DNA of 64,000 nucleotides from Chara braunii (Eukaryota; Plantae; Charophyceae), in contig BFEA01000029.1 in assembly GCA_003427395.1 (NCBI GenBank), forward strand, positions 1,884,435 through 1,948,434. The letters run 5' to 3'. A program made the position numbers and the translations under genes. Under the pieces are notes generated by a model. It did no database searches and was not told the DNA's origin. It worked only from the letters and a program-made list of their open reading frames with translations. Shown in pieces: positions 50,401 through 64,000 of the stretch. Within the stretch, counting starts at the first letter, position 1; each line of letters begins with the position of its first letter.

Positions 50401-51958
50401 AACTAATATTTGTGTTCCACTTCTAAGAAAAAAAATACGGCAATCCTACGGACCGGGCCATCCCAGGCAGACAAGGAGACGAATAGGCGTGTCGGGATTG
50501 TAAATATCTGAAAGTTATACCTTGACCATTTCTTAATCATGACAATCGTTAATTGTTGAGGAAGAAGGGTTGTCAGAGTCAGTCATAAAAAATCTCTATT
50601 CTCCCCCCAGTCCTTGCTCCTGAGTGTTCATCAAGTCCATCCCTATGACAGATTGTTTGTAAATAAGAAAGACCACCCGGAGCATATCGTCCCGCCTCAC
50701 GTCCTCATAAATCTCAATTGGCAAGTCGCTCGCTCTATTCTTCTTTTCATGTCCGCTTCCACTGTTGGGGTGCTTTACAGATATGAACCGCTCAACGAGG
50801 GGAACCTACCCTCCTCTCCCTCATCCATTGTTCTCCAAAGCTTCCGCATTTGTGATTCTTGTTCAGCACGGGCGTCTTTTTTATTCCTCCCTCAACCCTC
50901 CTCTCCTGGAGGGATTTTCTTCATTTTTCTCTTCTTTGTCCGCCTCATCGTCATGCTGACCGTCCTCGTTTTGAGGGTGGGCTTAATTGGTTACCGCACC
51001 AATCTCCTCTAACAATATTTGTCCTCAGCACTATTACATCAATCTGTGGGTCCCTTCCTTCCCCCTACCATGTACGACGGGGATTTCTCGTCCAGACTAA
51101 TGATAAAAGGTAGAATGATGGAAACTGACTTCTGTTTCTTGCTCGCTGTCCCGCCCTCTTTCGCCTTTCCCGACCCTCTTCAACAATCATATGTAGTTAT
51201 TGTGGCATTTCAATTTGTTCAACCATTATGTTCAGAGATAAGGTTAACAACACGTATAATTTTCATCACACATATATTATATACGCAACTTTGTTCCGTT
51301 TTTTTTCAGCTCATATTTTTTTTACTCTTACCCTCAATTTTCAGGACTAATTTGAAAAGTTGCAGGTTTCTCATCGTCCATGTTATTCTCATCATAGATG
51401 TTGTTCGACTTGTCCAAAAACGATGTTATATGGGTTCCTTTGATGGTCTTTGAGACGTTGATCACAACAAGATGTTTCATGATTTTTGGGTAGCTTAAAT
51501 AGATGGTCAGAAAGGTTTCTTTCATGGTCTTCGAACAATTCAGCACCTCAAGACGCTTCATGATTTTTGGGAAGTTCGAACAAATGACCACTAGAGTTGT
51601 CGTTGATCACTTCAAGATGTTTCATGGCTTGAATAGATGGTCATAAGGGTTCCTTTCATGGTCTTCGAATCGTTCATCACTTCCGAACGCTTCATGATTT
51701 TTAAGCAACGTGAACAAATCACCATTAAAGTTGTTTTCATGGTTTTCGAGAAGTTCTTCACCTCAAAACACTTCATGATTTTCGGGCAGATTCAACACAC
51801 GACCATAAGGGTTGCTTTCATGATCTTTGAGACATTCATCACTTCAAGATGTTTCATGAGTTACAGATAGTTTGAAAAAATGACTATAAAAATAAAATAA
51901 TGGTCTTTGGAACATTCAGAATTTCATGATGCTTCATGATTTTCGGGTTCCTTTAATA

Positions 51959-52295
51959 CTATGTTGCCACTTGTACGCACCCTCGTACGGGTACGAACTC
52001 ATACTCTTGTACTCGTACGCTACTCGTACGCTAAAAGGCCCTTNNNNNNNNNNNNNNNNNNNNNNNNNNNNNNNNNNNNNNNNNNNNNNNNNNNNNNNNN
52101 NNNNNNNNNNNNNNNNNNNNNNNNNNNNNNNNNNNNNNNNNNNNNNNNNNNNNNNNNNNNNNNNNNTTTTTTTTTTTCGTACGGGGTCGTACAAGACGTA
52201 CAGGTTCCCGTACAGGTTCCCGTACAGATCTCGTACAAAAATAACATGTACGTTTCGTACGGAAAGCCCCCGTACGTGTACTCTATGCAATGTAG
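51959..52295. mobile_element. hAT-like MITE (spans the gap at 52044-52166)
   Basis: TIR CTATGTTGC/GCAATGTAG; TSD CTTTAATA/CTTTAACA; GTACG subterminal repeats. Confidence 0.7.
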
Positions 52296-53994
52296 CTTTA
52301 ACATATAACCATAGCGGTTGTTTTCATGGTCTTTAAGACATTCATAACTTCGAGAAACTTCATGATTTTCGGGTCGCTCGATAAGATAACGATAATGGTT
52401 GTTTTCATGGTTTTCAGGATGTTAATCACATGAGGATGCTTCTTGATTTTCGGGTCGCTTGAAAAAATGCTCATAATGGTTGCTTTGATGATGTATAGAA
52501 CGTTCATCACTTCGGGATGCTTCATGATTTTTGGGTCTCTTGAACAAATCGCCATAAGGGTTGCTTTCATGGTCTAAGAAACGTTCATCACTTCGCGATC
52601 CTTCATGGTGTTGCATTCATCACTTCGGGGTGCATTGTGATTTCCGGGTAGTTTGAACAAATGAACATAATCGTTGCTTTCATGGTCTTCTGGACGTTCA
52701 TCTCTTCAGGATGCTTCACGATTCTCCGGTAGCTTGAATACATAACCATAAGGGTTGTTTTCATGGTCTTCGGGATGTTCATCACTTCGAGATGTTTGAT
52801 GATTTTCGTGTACCATGAATACATGGCCACAAGGGTTGTTTTCATTGTCTTTGGGACGTTCATCACTTCGGGATGCTTGATGATTTTCACGTACCATGAA
52901 CACATCACCATAAGGGTTGATTCATGGTCTACCGTAGAAATTAGAGCTATTTATCACTCTGGATGCTTCATGATTTTTAGATAGCTTGAACAAATGGTCA
53001 TAAAGGTTGCTTTCATGGTCTTCGGGACATTCATCATTTTAAGATGATTCATGATTTTCGGGTAGCTTGAACAGATCACCATAAGAGTTGCTTCAATGAT
53101 CTTCGGAATGTTCATCTTTTTGGGATGCTTCATAATTTTATGTTTGCTTAAACAAACGGTCATAAGGGTTGCCTTCATGGTCTTTGAGACGTTTCATCAT
53201 TTCGAGATGCTTCATAATTTTTTGGTAGTTTGAACAGATGACCATAAGGATCTCCTACATACTCTTCGGGACATTAATCACTTTAGGATGTTTCATGATT
53301 TTCGGTCAGCTTGACCAGACGACCATAAAAATTGCCTTCATGATCTTCAGGAGGTTCATCACTTCAGGATGCTTCATGATTTTCGAGAGGTTTGAACAAA
53401 AGAACATAATGATTGTTTTCATTTTTTCGAGACGTTCATCATTTTGGGTCGGTTCATGATTTCGAACAGATTGATCAGATAGTCGTAAGGGTTGCTTTGA
53501 TAGTCTTCGAGACGTTCATTACTTCAGGACGTTCATGATTTTCGGATCGCTTAAACAAATGGTCATAAGGGTGACTTTCATATTCCTCGTTGCATTCATC
53601 ATTTCATTAAGCTTCACGATTTTCAAGTTGCTTGAACAAATGAGCAAAAACACTACTTCCATAGTTTTCGGTATAGTCATCACTTCGAAAAGTTTCGTGA
53701 TTTTTTTATCGTTTTAATAAATAATCATAAAAATTGCTTTCGTTGTCTTCGAAACATTCATCACTTTGAAAGGCTTCATGATTTTCCGGATGGATTAACA
53801 AATGACCATATGAGTTGCTTAAGCGGTCTTCGGGATGTTTCATCACTTCGGGATGCTTCATGATTACGGGTCACTTTGACAACTGCTCATACAAATTGCT
53901 TTCATAGTTTTAGGGACGTTCATCATTTTGGAAAACTTTATGATTTTCGGGTCGCTTCACAGATGTCAATATATATTGCTTTCTTGGTTTTCGA

Positions 53995-54123
53995 CTGTGT
54001 AACATGATGAACGTGTTCGCGACCCTTCACGTTCGTGTTAACATGTTCGCTTGTTCGCGCAAACATCTCACGAACATCATCAGACGAACATATTTTTATT
54101 TTAGTAAAATAAATAAATAAATA

Positions 54124-54154
<31 letters not shown>

Positions 54155-54536
54155 TTTTAAGCTTATAATTTGCTACGAATTTGAACATGACTGCAATGCA
54201 AAAGTTGTTTGAATTATTATTTTACATAACATATATTTTTTCAGATTTTACCTAAGCTACCAGCCGGGCCACCTGAGTCCCGGGTGACCAGCCCGTGCAC
54301 GGCCCAGGAAAAGGTCCCCCCCCCAAAAAAAAAAAGAACTTCAAAAACATCCGCAAAAAAACTATGTTATGCAGAAAAGTAAATTGAACATCTTTTATTT
54401 TAGTGCCACATCAAAATTCTTCACGAAATTTAAAATTAAAATTTAAATTTAAAAATACTTCTTTTTATTTTTATTTTTTTCGTCCGGTTGGGAAGTGACT
54501 GCGAGCCACTCTGGTAGTCTCGACTTCATCTGAGAA

Positions 54537-54581
<45 letters not shown>

Positions 54582-54669
54582 GTTCGTGTTCAAACGATTT
54601 TTGACGCTTGTCCTTGTTCGGGCGAACATGTTCACGTTCACCTCCGAACACGAACACGGTGCTACGTAG
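53995..54669. mobile_element. hAT-like MITE
   Basis: TIR CTGTGTAACA/TGCTACGTAG; TSD GTTTTCGA/GTTTTCGT; GTTCG/CGAAC repeats. Confidence 0.8.
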
Positions 54670-55714
54670 GTTTTCGTAACGTTCCCACTAAGCGATGCTT
54701 CATTATTTTACAGTACCTACAAAGAGATGACCACAAGCTTTACTTTCATGGTCCTTGGGATGTTCATCACTGCAGATTAATTCATGATTTTCGTGTAGCT
54801 TAAGCAGATAACCGTAAGAGTTGCTTTCATTATCTTTGTGAATTTTCATCACTTCGGAATGCTTAATGATTTTCATAACTTAAACAAATGGTTATAAGGG
54901 TTGCAACTTCGGAAAGTTCAACGCTTGTTGATGCTTCATGAGTTCTTGGTACCTTGAACAGATGATCATAAGGGTTGTTTTGGGATGGTCATTACTTCGG
55001 CATGATCCATGTTTTCATGGTCGCTAAAACGTTCATCACTTCGGGATGCTTCATGAGTTTCGGATAATTAAAAAAAATGGTTATAAGGATTGTTTGCATC
55101 GTCTTCATGACATTTATCACTTCGAAACGCTTCATTATTTCAAGCTTACTCTAACAAATGGTCATAAAAGTAATTGTTATTGTCTTCGGGATGTTCATCA
55201 CTTCGGGATGCTTCATGATTTTCGGGTAGCTTGAGCAGATTACCATAAGGGTTGCGTTCATAGTGTTCGTGACATTCATAGTGTTCGAGAAGTTCATAAT
55301 GTTTGTGACATTCATCACTTCGGGATGCTTCATAACTTTTATGTAGCTTGAATACATAACCATAAGAGTTGCTTTGATGGTCTACGGAACGTTCATGAAT
55401 TCGGCATGTTCCATTATTTTAGTGTAGTTTAAACATATGGTCATATGGATTGCTTTCATGGTCTTCTAGACGTCCATCACGTCTAAATACTTCATGATAT
55501 TGGGGTAGTTTCAACAGATGGTCATAAGGGTTGCTTTCATACTCTTTTCGAGATGTTCATTGCTTCGCGATGCTTCATGATATTCGGTTGGCTTCAACAA
55601 GGGATCATAAGGGTTGCTTTCGTGGTTTTCAAAATCATTTATCACTTCGGGATGCTAGATAATTTTCAAAAAACTTGAATAGTTAGTCATAATAGTTTAT
55701 TTCATAGTCTTCGG

Positions 55715-56406
55715 CTGGGTAGCATCCGATACGCGTACGCATAAGTATACCGGCGTACGCGTACGAACCCAAAATCGCGCATACACGTACGTAAAAAAAA
55801 ANAAAAAAAAAAAAAAAATCCAAAAAATCTATTAAAAAAAAAAAATTATACAGAATAATGATACAAACAATATTTGCCTGGGAAGCATATACCCGAATTC
55901 CAAACCAAACTCCATTTAAAAATAAAAAATCTTAAAAATTTTAAAAAAATATTTTTAAATACTTTTTTTATTATTATGATAATATTACCATTTTTTCAGT
56001 TTTTAATTTCTTACTCGAGTTTGGTTGGGCATTCGGGGATCAATCCCCGGCAAAATTTGTTTGTATCATGTTTCTGCATAATATATATTTGTCATAGAAG
56101 TTTGTTTTTATTTTTTTATGTTTTTTTTTTAGTTTAAAAAAAAAATAAAAAATTATGTATTTGTTTTTTGTGTCTTTGATTTTTAACTCGAGTTTGGTAC
56201 ATAATTTTGAGATGAGTCTCGGGCAAAAGTTGTTTGAAATATCATTTTGCATTACCTAATTTTATTTGATATTTTTTCGATGACGTTTTTTTTTTTTTTT
56301 TTTTATTCCCACGTACGGGAGTACGTGTACGCGCGTACGTATCACGTACAGGAATACGTGTACTTGTGTACGCGCAACCCGCATACATGTACGAGGTGCT
56401 ACCCAT
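55715..56406. mobile_element. hAT-like MITE
   Basis: TIR CTGGGTAGCA/TGCTACCCAT; perfect TSD GTCTTCGG; CGTACG repeats. Confidence 0.85.
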
Positions 56407-59400
56407 GTCTTCGGAATGTTGATTACTTCCGGATACTTCATGATTTTCGAATACATTATATAAATTAACTATGAGGTTTCTCGTTATGGTCTTCGAGACA
56501 TTCGTCACATCGGGATGCTTCATGATTTTCAAATTGAAGAGGGCGATAAGGGTTGAATTCACGGTCTTCAGGATAGTCATCAATTCGAGATACTTCATGA
56601 TTTTCGGGTAGCTTAAACAAATGGTTACAATGGTTATCTTTCTGGTCTTTTGGATATTCGTCAATTGGGGATGCGTCATGATTTTCGAGTAACTAATGGC
56701 CATAAAGGTTGTTTTCTTGATCTTCAAGACGTTTATCACTTCGAGATGCTTCGTGATTTTCGGATTGTTTAAGTGGATGACCACAAGACTTGCTTTCATG
56801 GTTTTCGGACGTTTATCACTTCGGAAAACTTCATGATTTTGGGGTACCTTGAACAAATAGTCATACGAGTTGCTTTCATGATCTTTATGCTGGAAGTGAA
56901 GGACGTCTCGAAGACTATGAATGCAACTCTTATAACCATCTATTCAAGCTATTAGAAAGTCATGAAATATCCCGAAGTGATAAATATCCCTAAGACCATG
57001 TAAGCAACAGTTATGACCGTCTATTCAAGCTAACCGAAAATCAAGAAGCATCTGAAGTAATGAATGTTCCAAAAATAATTGAAGCAACCCTTATGGTCAT
57101 CTCTTCAAGATAACTGAAAATCATGAAGCATCCCGAAGTGATGAACCTCCTAACGACGATGAAAACAAACATTATGACTATCTGTACAAGCTACCTTAAA
57201 TTTATAAAGCATCCCGAAGTAATTAATATCCCAAAACCTTGAAAGCAACCTTATTGTTATTTATTCAAGTTACCCGAAAGTCATAACGCATCCCGAAGTG
57301 ATGAATGTCTGGAAGACCATGAAAGCAACCTTTATGATCATCTACTCAAGCTATCCGAAAATCATGAAGTATCCTAAAGTGATGAACATCTCGAAAATCG
57401 TAAAAAGGACCCTTATGGTCATTTATCCAAGCTACCCTGAAATCATGATGCATCCCAGAGTGATGAACGTCTCGAAAATCATGCTAGCAACCTTCATGAC
57501 ATTTGTTCAAGGTACCCGATAATCATGAAGCGTTCCGAAGTGATGAAATCACGAAAACAAATTTCATGGTAATTTGTTCAACTACCTAAGAATCATAAAA
57601 CTTCAAGATGTTTCATGGTTTTCATGTAACTTAAACAGATAATCATATATTTTGTTCCTATTATCTTTAAGACGTTTCTTATTTCATGATGATTCGGGAT
57701 ATTTACTTAGTCCATAAGGTAGCTATATGGGTTGTTTTTATGGTCTTCGGAACGTTCATTACTTCATGAATATTTCAATGCACATGTGTTTGAGGACCGT
57801 GTTTGATATGAAAAATTAAAAACTTTCTTTATCATATCCTTTCATCATGAACAACCCAACCCTCCTCTAGTTTTCATGATCGAAAAACTTTTTTCTGGAT
57901 ACATAAATCGACATCATTTTTCCCAGTTTATAATTTTCATATGCACATTTTCGGGTGTGCAATAACCGCTTGTGTATGTTCATTGATCTTTCGTTGTTGT
58001 TCTTTCTCTCACTTCTCTCCTCCTTTGTCCCTCCTTTCTCCTCTATTAGTCTTCTCTTCCTCTTTCTATTTTCTTCTCCTTCCCCCTACAAGGAGAGATC
58101 TCATATCTCAACGCAATTTTTTTATACCCAAATTTTCCTTCTTTGCCATCGCTATACGCTCTCCCTCTGCAAGCGGTTGTCCCAAGGACTGGAAGAGCGG
58201 TGTGAGAGCAGCTCCCAGAATTGTGACTCCTCCTTGAAGTCCCTCTCACCAGAGCCATACGCACTCTCGATAGTTCTTTGTGTAGCCTGTAACAAAGGTC
58301 ATAACGTCATAAGCGAGGATCGAGGTTCTAGTTTCAGCTACAATTTTACTGTTAGCAATGCGAAAGAGGGGAGTGTCACTTATCGCTAACAAAATGAAAG
58401 GGGGGAGCATCACCCATCTCTCTCATACCTCGCCAGTCTTACCTATCATCGAACTTGTTATTCTCTATCTCTACCCCCTCATCCCTCCAAGAGAGAATTA
58501 TACGCCTTACATATCGAACTCCTGAAGAACATCCTTGTCGTTCCTCTTTCTCTTGTAGGACCCTTGAAGTACTTTCGTGTCGCTCCTCTTCCGTCTCTAT
58601 TCTATCCCCATCGTTATTCCTCCACCCCCACCTTTTTTTCTCCCTCTCATCCTCTGTTTACTATCTTTTTCGTACGGGGTTTTGCCGCTCCTCCGAGTCC
58701 TCCATTTTTCCTGTCTACCTCTTTCAACGCTTACCGAGTCCAGTCCGTTCCTCATCTCACCCTTCAATCGGCCCCCCTCCCCTCTTGTCGGTTTTCTTCC
58801 CTCTGGTCACTCCTTTCCCCATTGTTAATCCAACTTCTCATCCTCCTACTGCCACTCTTCTTTCAGCTCGCAGCTTCTTTCTTTTCACACTCATTGTGGT
58901 AAAATCTAATTATTGACATGCCCAAGAAGTCCTCCATGCTGGTTTCTCCTGAATCTTGACGCTTCAAGTTATGAGGAAATCAAATATCATAAAAACCCTC
59001 CCAACAATGCAATTTTGCTTCAATCAGATTGACAATTATCTGATCCCTACGTGACTGATTCTCTTTTTTACGACTCTCGTGTTTCTTGTTTCGTCAAGTA
59101 GCGGCCAAGCACGGCTGACAAGCCTCGCGCTAGGGGGCCTCGCAGTTATATGGCATCCCTTTAGTTGGCCATAGCATAAGAATGTCATTGTCGATTTATT
59201 CAATTTTCTCTGTCGCATCAGGGGCTAAGGTCAAACCACATCATCCCCCTCCTATCTTGGCCGACGATGAAGGACCCCCTTGCATTCTTGATATTGCCAA
59301 AAAAAACTCTCCATCACCTTTTGTAACAACAATCTCGATAATGTGGGAAGCAGGGGGCAAGGTGGATGCACTTAACCCAAAGCTTTCTGCATTGCTTTCA

Positions 59401-61150
59401 CACTCTTTCCCATTATACTTGACCAAGGTTTTCTATGTCAGAAAAGTAAGCCTCACAATCTGTATCGACGACAATGACTAATTTTCCTCCCCTAATTTGT
59501 AATAACTAGTTGCAAAGCGGGGTGTCTTCAAAGTTTCCCGAGCAGATCTCTCTTGTGCTCGACCCGCCGGCTTATGGTACTTCATCCCGACCCCTTCTCT
59601 AGACTCCCCTTCATCTTCATTTCTCTCTACCTTCACTCTCTTGTCTCTCAGTCACTCTTTCCATGCAACGCGTAATTCTTTTCCTTCCCAAATAGTCATC
59701 TTGTGGAACGTGTGATAAACCAAGCTTTGAACCTCGCGATATAACTTCGGAATAAACCTCGAAGAACGCCTCAAAATACGAATTTGACCACGTACTAAAA
59801 AAGGGAGCCGTCTGGAATTTTTGAAGGTCGTTTGCATGCATCGTTCAAGTTTTTCACCTATACTTGTTCAAATTAGTCTCGCACGACCGATTAGCAACTG
59901 CATAGGAATTGCAAGAAAACGCCTACAAATTAGGTTCACAGTGTTATTAATATTCTCATGTGGATATTTTTGAATTGTTGCTTGCTATGCCAGATGGCTT
60001 CACCGGGGCGTTTTGCACGTGCACACCAACTTTTTTTCTTGTTTTCCTTCCTTTCGTCGCACGTCTCCGTTTTCCTCTCAACCCCTCCACCTATCCTCCC
60101 CTCGCTCCTCAACATGATTGATGGGTTGTCAGTTGAGATGGTAGCAACAAGGCGCAAGAGCAAACTTACGCAAGCGGTTTGCGCGACCACCTCAAGTGTG
60201 TTAAGATTTTGATTGTCCCGTCTTCTCCACCTTTCCAAAACCTTCCTCCTTTTATCCTGCTCATCTACACCCCTCTTTGCTGTATACGCTGGTGCCCCAC
60301 CGCCTTGCACGCTATAAATTCGCACAGCCCCTCCTTCTCCCTTTCTTTCATCTCAACTGCAATTTTGTGCGAGCTATGCGCGAAGCTTCTGGTGCCAAAC
60401 ATGGTTGGCATGCCCAAGGAGTAGGAGGTGTGGCCGCAGGGGGTGGAATTAGCAATAGACTCGGGGTAAGGCAGTTGAAGGGACTGAGTGGTGGTGGAGA
60501 CTGGAGTGCAGCCAATGGCAGGGCCTTGTGGCTATAGCTGGCCTGCGTTCGCTTGGGTATGGTGGTTGCGTACCCCGGAGTGCCAACAAGGTTATGGTTT
60601 ATGAATAATGAGGGACTTCCTTCTTCTTCATCGTTGCTTTGTCCAAGTGTCACGTGTATTCAAAGCTAAGTGTGGGTACTTAGTCGTATGCCAGTGCATG
60701 ACTTTGGTTGCAAATGTCTATGAATGTTGAATGCTTCGTTGTTCGAAAGTCTGTTGGTACATGATTGGTTGGGAACTATGTAGGTCTTCATCATGCTTGA
60801 GCGCATGGATGCCCACTGTGGGTATTGTGCTTTCAACGACTGATTCCCTTTCTTCCTAACTAATTGTTGACCCCCACGCTTAGCGTGAGTGAGAGATCGC
60901 TGCTGCCAATTTTCCTCCCATCCTCCATTGCGCGCAAGCGCCCCGCTACAACCGCTTTGTTGCCAGTGCGAATAGGCTAGGTGACCAAGGACATCAGGTG
61001 TGGAAACTTAATCGTTCCACCCGATCTCTCTGGCTGCCGACCATCGCAGTTTTGTCAAGGTGACAGTTTTGGTTGGAATCAGCACGGTTGTCAGCTTGCA
61101 TTTTGATAGGCGATGGGGAAGTGTAAGCCAAGTTGAGATTTGTATAGAGT

Positions 61151-61452
61151 CACGTGACCGCGGGTAACTGCCCATGCTCATACCTCACATCGATATGCCA
61201 TAGCGACCTTCCTCATTTTCGGATCGTAGACGAGAACGACCTAATTGAGATGCGGATGTGTGAAGGACGCTATTGCGAACCGATTGGGTTCACTTCTATA
61301 ACCCGTCCAAGACATGTCATATAGTGGGAGCAAGGTTTGCCCTCATCCATCGGTTCGCCTCCTAGTCTTTTATCTTGCCATACACTGAACTAACGGTGCC
61401 CCCTTGGTATGCAGTGCACGCCACGTGGAAGCCTCAATTTAACTGTCACTGG
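61151..61452 (+). pseudogene. Conserved unknown reading frame antisense to LINE ORF1, copy b
   Basis: LRTDWVHFYNPSKTCH...ILPYTELTVPPWYAVHATWKPQFNCHW; one stop and one frameshift. Confidence 0.6.
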
Positions 61453-61999
61453 TTCCGACTACGAAACTCCTCTTCCTATTTGAGGTTGGTGTTGTGGTAC
61501 AAAGGGTCCATCTGGTTCCCGGATCTCTCCCACAATGCGGGAGCTCTTCCAACAAACTTCCGAACCAGGGTACCTCCGTTCCCACCCCCATCCGACGATG
61601 AGAATTCGAGTCCATCAAACAAACCTCGCCGGCCTAATTCGGATGCATAAGATCTCCCTTTCCTCCGTGGTCCCAAACAAAAGGGCAGCATAAATCTAGC
61701 GTAGAATACACGTCTAATTCATTTCTATTGCGAAACTTTCATAGTACGTTATGAGTAGAAATTAGTTGCGTACGTGTACCTGCGTCCCCGGGTTGGGTTT
61801 TGTTGATGGCCTGGCCTTTACCAGTTCTCTAATTTCTGTGATTACTTATGCCGGCCTGTGTTTCCAAGAAGACACTCACGACTGAGGCGAAAACCCCACT
61901 TTCGCCCTGGCAGTTCAACCCCCGCCCGAAATTCTTGGCCCCGCCCCAATCACTCTGATTGGCGCCCCCACGGGTACCTAACGTTGCGCACAATGTGAG

Positions 62000-64000
62000 G
62001 TTGCATATCACAAATGCATCTTGTTCCCAATTTCGCCTAACCGCTTACCCTTCCTCCTTCCAACAATTCACCTCCTCATTCATTGTCCTCACTCTGATTT
62101 CCCCTCCACTGAGATGATGTCGAGCCCTTATCTCTAATCAACATTGAGCCAGTCCCGTGGGGGGGCTCATCCCTGCTTATCACACAGCCGGTCCCAATGG
62201 GCACCTTCCCCTTCCCTACTTGTGTCTTCTGATGCGGAGGGGGTGCCAAAGTTCCCGATTCCCCAATTCCCTTACGTAGCATTGCCCACAGTACCTCCTC
62301 CCTAGCTCTCCGCTCCAACCACTGTAGGCGTAGACCCACCGCCTGTTCTCGCACGTGCGAGTGCCATCTCCCCAATTCACATCTCTCCATCATCCCTGTC
62401 AGGCTCCCCTCCAGGCCCCCCGGTCTAAATACAATCACCCTCCGAAACCCTTTTCAGTTCTTCTAGAATCCCCACCGCCATCAAGCACAACCAGACGGTT
62501 ATCATACCAAAGATCACTTTCAATACTATATCCCCCGCCACGGCCACTGCACTCGCCACTCTCAATCCCAACCACAGAGCTTCTCTCACCGCCAACCTAC
62601 ATTGTTGCCACAGATACCACCATGCTGGACTCGTTCACCACACAGCAACCAATCCCCTTAGTGTAAAACCCAAATCCAAGCCACCATTTTCGAGCCCCCT
62701 CGTCATATGCCGAAGTCTCACGACCTCCTGATCCTATGTGTCATGCCGGACTGCGTTCCATGCCCGTTATCAGCTATTCCCATCATCTAGTGAGGCCACA
62801 GGGCAGGCGCCTGTCATCGCCTCTTTGACACCATCCCGCCACGGGCTCTCCCCTCACCGAGCTCTCTTCCTCACCCATTAACCCTGCGTTGACCGCCTAG
62901 GCGGCGGGGCTTCGCCATTCTCCCTTCCTCTCCTGTCTCGTTTACCTTCCATGCACTGGTACGCAGCGACAAGGTCTCACCATCGTCTCTCCATCACCCG
63001 CCCAGCCCACTTTGATGTTGCATGTGTGTTTGCCCCGCATGCACCACTCTCATCCATGTCGCATAAGTACATCTCAGTCAAGCAGCTCAGTCCGCTTGCA
63101 AACCCGACAATTTTCTTCTACAAATATTTTGTCTTTCACTGGAACGAAGAAAAAAAACCTACCAGTTGTGGCCCTCGCCCCCACAGGAGTACACACATGT
63201 GTCACCCATCAGCCTTCCCCATAGTATATGGAGGTTGGACCACCATGTCAAGCCCATTTGGGCATCCCTCGTGTCACACAACTACTCCCACCATACACCA
63301 CTTTCTTGACAAACTACCGAGCAACCCACATACATTTGGGAAAAGCTGAGTACAAAGCTTGGAAGAGGGAGAAACGTTTTCCACGCAAAAAGGGGCAAAT
63401 AAGTAGATTTCACCACAGAGTTTCGAATCGGCAAAAAAACAGGTGCTGGCGAAAGAAACACGCATTGGCAAAACAAAGAGCCGCTGAATTCAAAAACGCA
63501 ATTATATTAACTGTACCCGGGCTGTGACAGAAGGCACAGGTGTAATAACTACAGGGCCAGCCAGGCCATGGTGCCAGACAGGAAAGGGAACCAAAACAAG
63601 GGACCCACAGATCTATTCTAACTGAAATTGCCGTTTTGAACTCCCGCCACGAGGAGAGCACCATTTAGTGTTTTTTTTCACCTTTGTGAACTCGAACCTG
63701 CCGCATCCGTAGTTGTTTAAAAAAAAGGGTGTCCTTTCTTAAGTTACTTTTCTTGAGCATATTTTTATTCCTACCCACCGATCGCTGAGGTCTTGTTTTT
63801 TCAGTCTGGTGACTCTTTTTTGGTACTAGAAGACATATTTCCCTCATCGCATTGGGATTCTGGCAGGATTCAACTTTAGAGGTTGTCAATGAGTATAGAG
63901 CAATCACTCCCATCTCCTGTTGTCAACACCCTGTGCATGGTTGCACCTTTCCCCCTCTGTTTTTCATTCCCCTAGTTGCCCCCCTATGCCCCTCCCCCCC
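62000..64000 (-). mobile_element. Possible very old LINE ORF2 remnant
   Basis: Weak endonuclease-like and post-RT-like fragments (WCMVG, LQWLER); no clean motif. Confidence 0.25.

Larger units (their letters stand above)
51340..57770. repeat. 81-bp satellite array with an inverted block at about 56895-57600
   Basis: Monomer approx. TTGAACAAATGACCATAAGGGTTGCTTTCATGGTCTTCGGGACGTTCATCACTTCGGGATGCTTCATGATTTTCGGGTAGC; period 81 measured from 52986 to 53067. Confidence 0.95.
51235..57974 (+). mobile_element. Long member of the satellite-carrying non-autonomous DNA transposon family
   Basis: Perfect 8-bp TSD TATGTTCA (51227-51234 and 57975-57982). Termini GAGATAAGGTTAACAA...TTTTCATCAC and ATAACCGCTTGTG are shared with 9661-10132. 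Confidence 0.88.
48000..61452 (-). mobile_element. Decayed LINE interrupted by the 6.74-kb satellite transposon
   Basis: RT: LIQRTQTGVI...DF..KAYDRV at about 48100-48290. Endonuclease-like region at about 49.2-49.8 kb. The charged ORF1 tract rejoins across the TSD at 51234/57983. ORF1-like region at 58.9-60.4 kb is homologous to 8.8-9.5 kb. Confidence 0.6.

Noticed and set aside
51334-57522. 27-aa repeat proteins (MKATLMVICSSYPKIMKHPEVMNV...) or LRR genes
   Set aside because: These are a by-product of the 81-bp period; there are frequent stops and frameshifts and similar ORFs appear on both strands.

Overview
This is eukaryotic, almost entirely transposon-derived DNA with three N gaps and no intact host gene that I can support. 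The microsatellite load, MITE types and LINE/Gypsy protein style suggest a large repeat-rich plant or algal genome, possibly a charophyte such as Chara (inference only). Contents: (1) several decayed L1/Tx1-type LINEs; (2) a decayed Ty3/Gypsy pol, a gag with a CCHC knuckle, a solo LTR, and a related LTR with a tRNA-iMet PBS; (3) three copies of a multi-kb, apparently non-coding retroelement-associated module ('module X'), each carrying an array of about 8-12 hairpins with conserved loops, covarying stems and unrelated spacers, with two different loop types; (4) two members (472 bp and 6.74 kb) of a non-autonomous DNA-transposon family with asymmetric termini, 8-bp TSDs and an internal satellite that flips orientation; (5) Stowaway-, Tourist- and hAT-like MITEs; (6) a conserved antisense reading frame at the 5' end of one LINE family; (7) a Nextera/Tn5 junction adapter left in the assembly. 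Alignments were done by eye; boundaries without a TSD are approximate.
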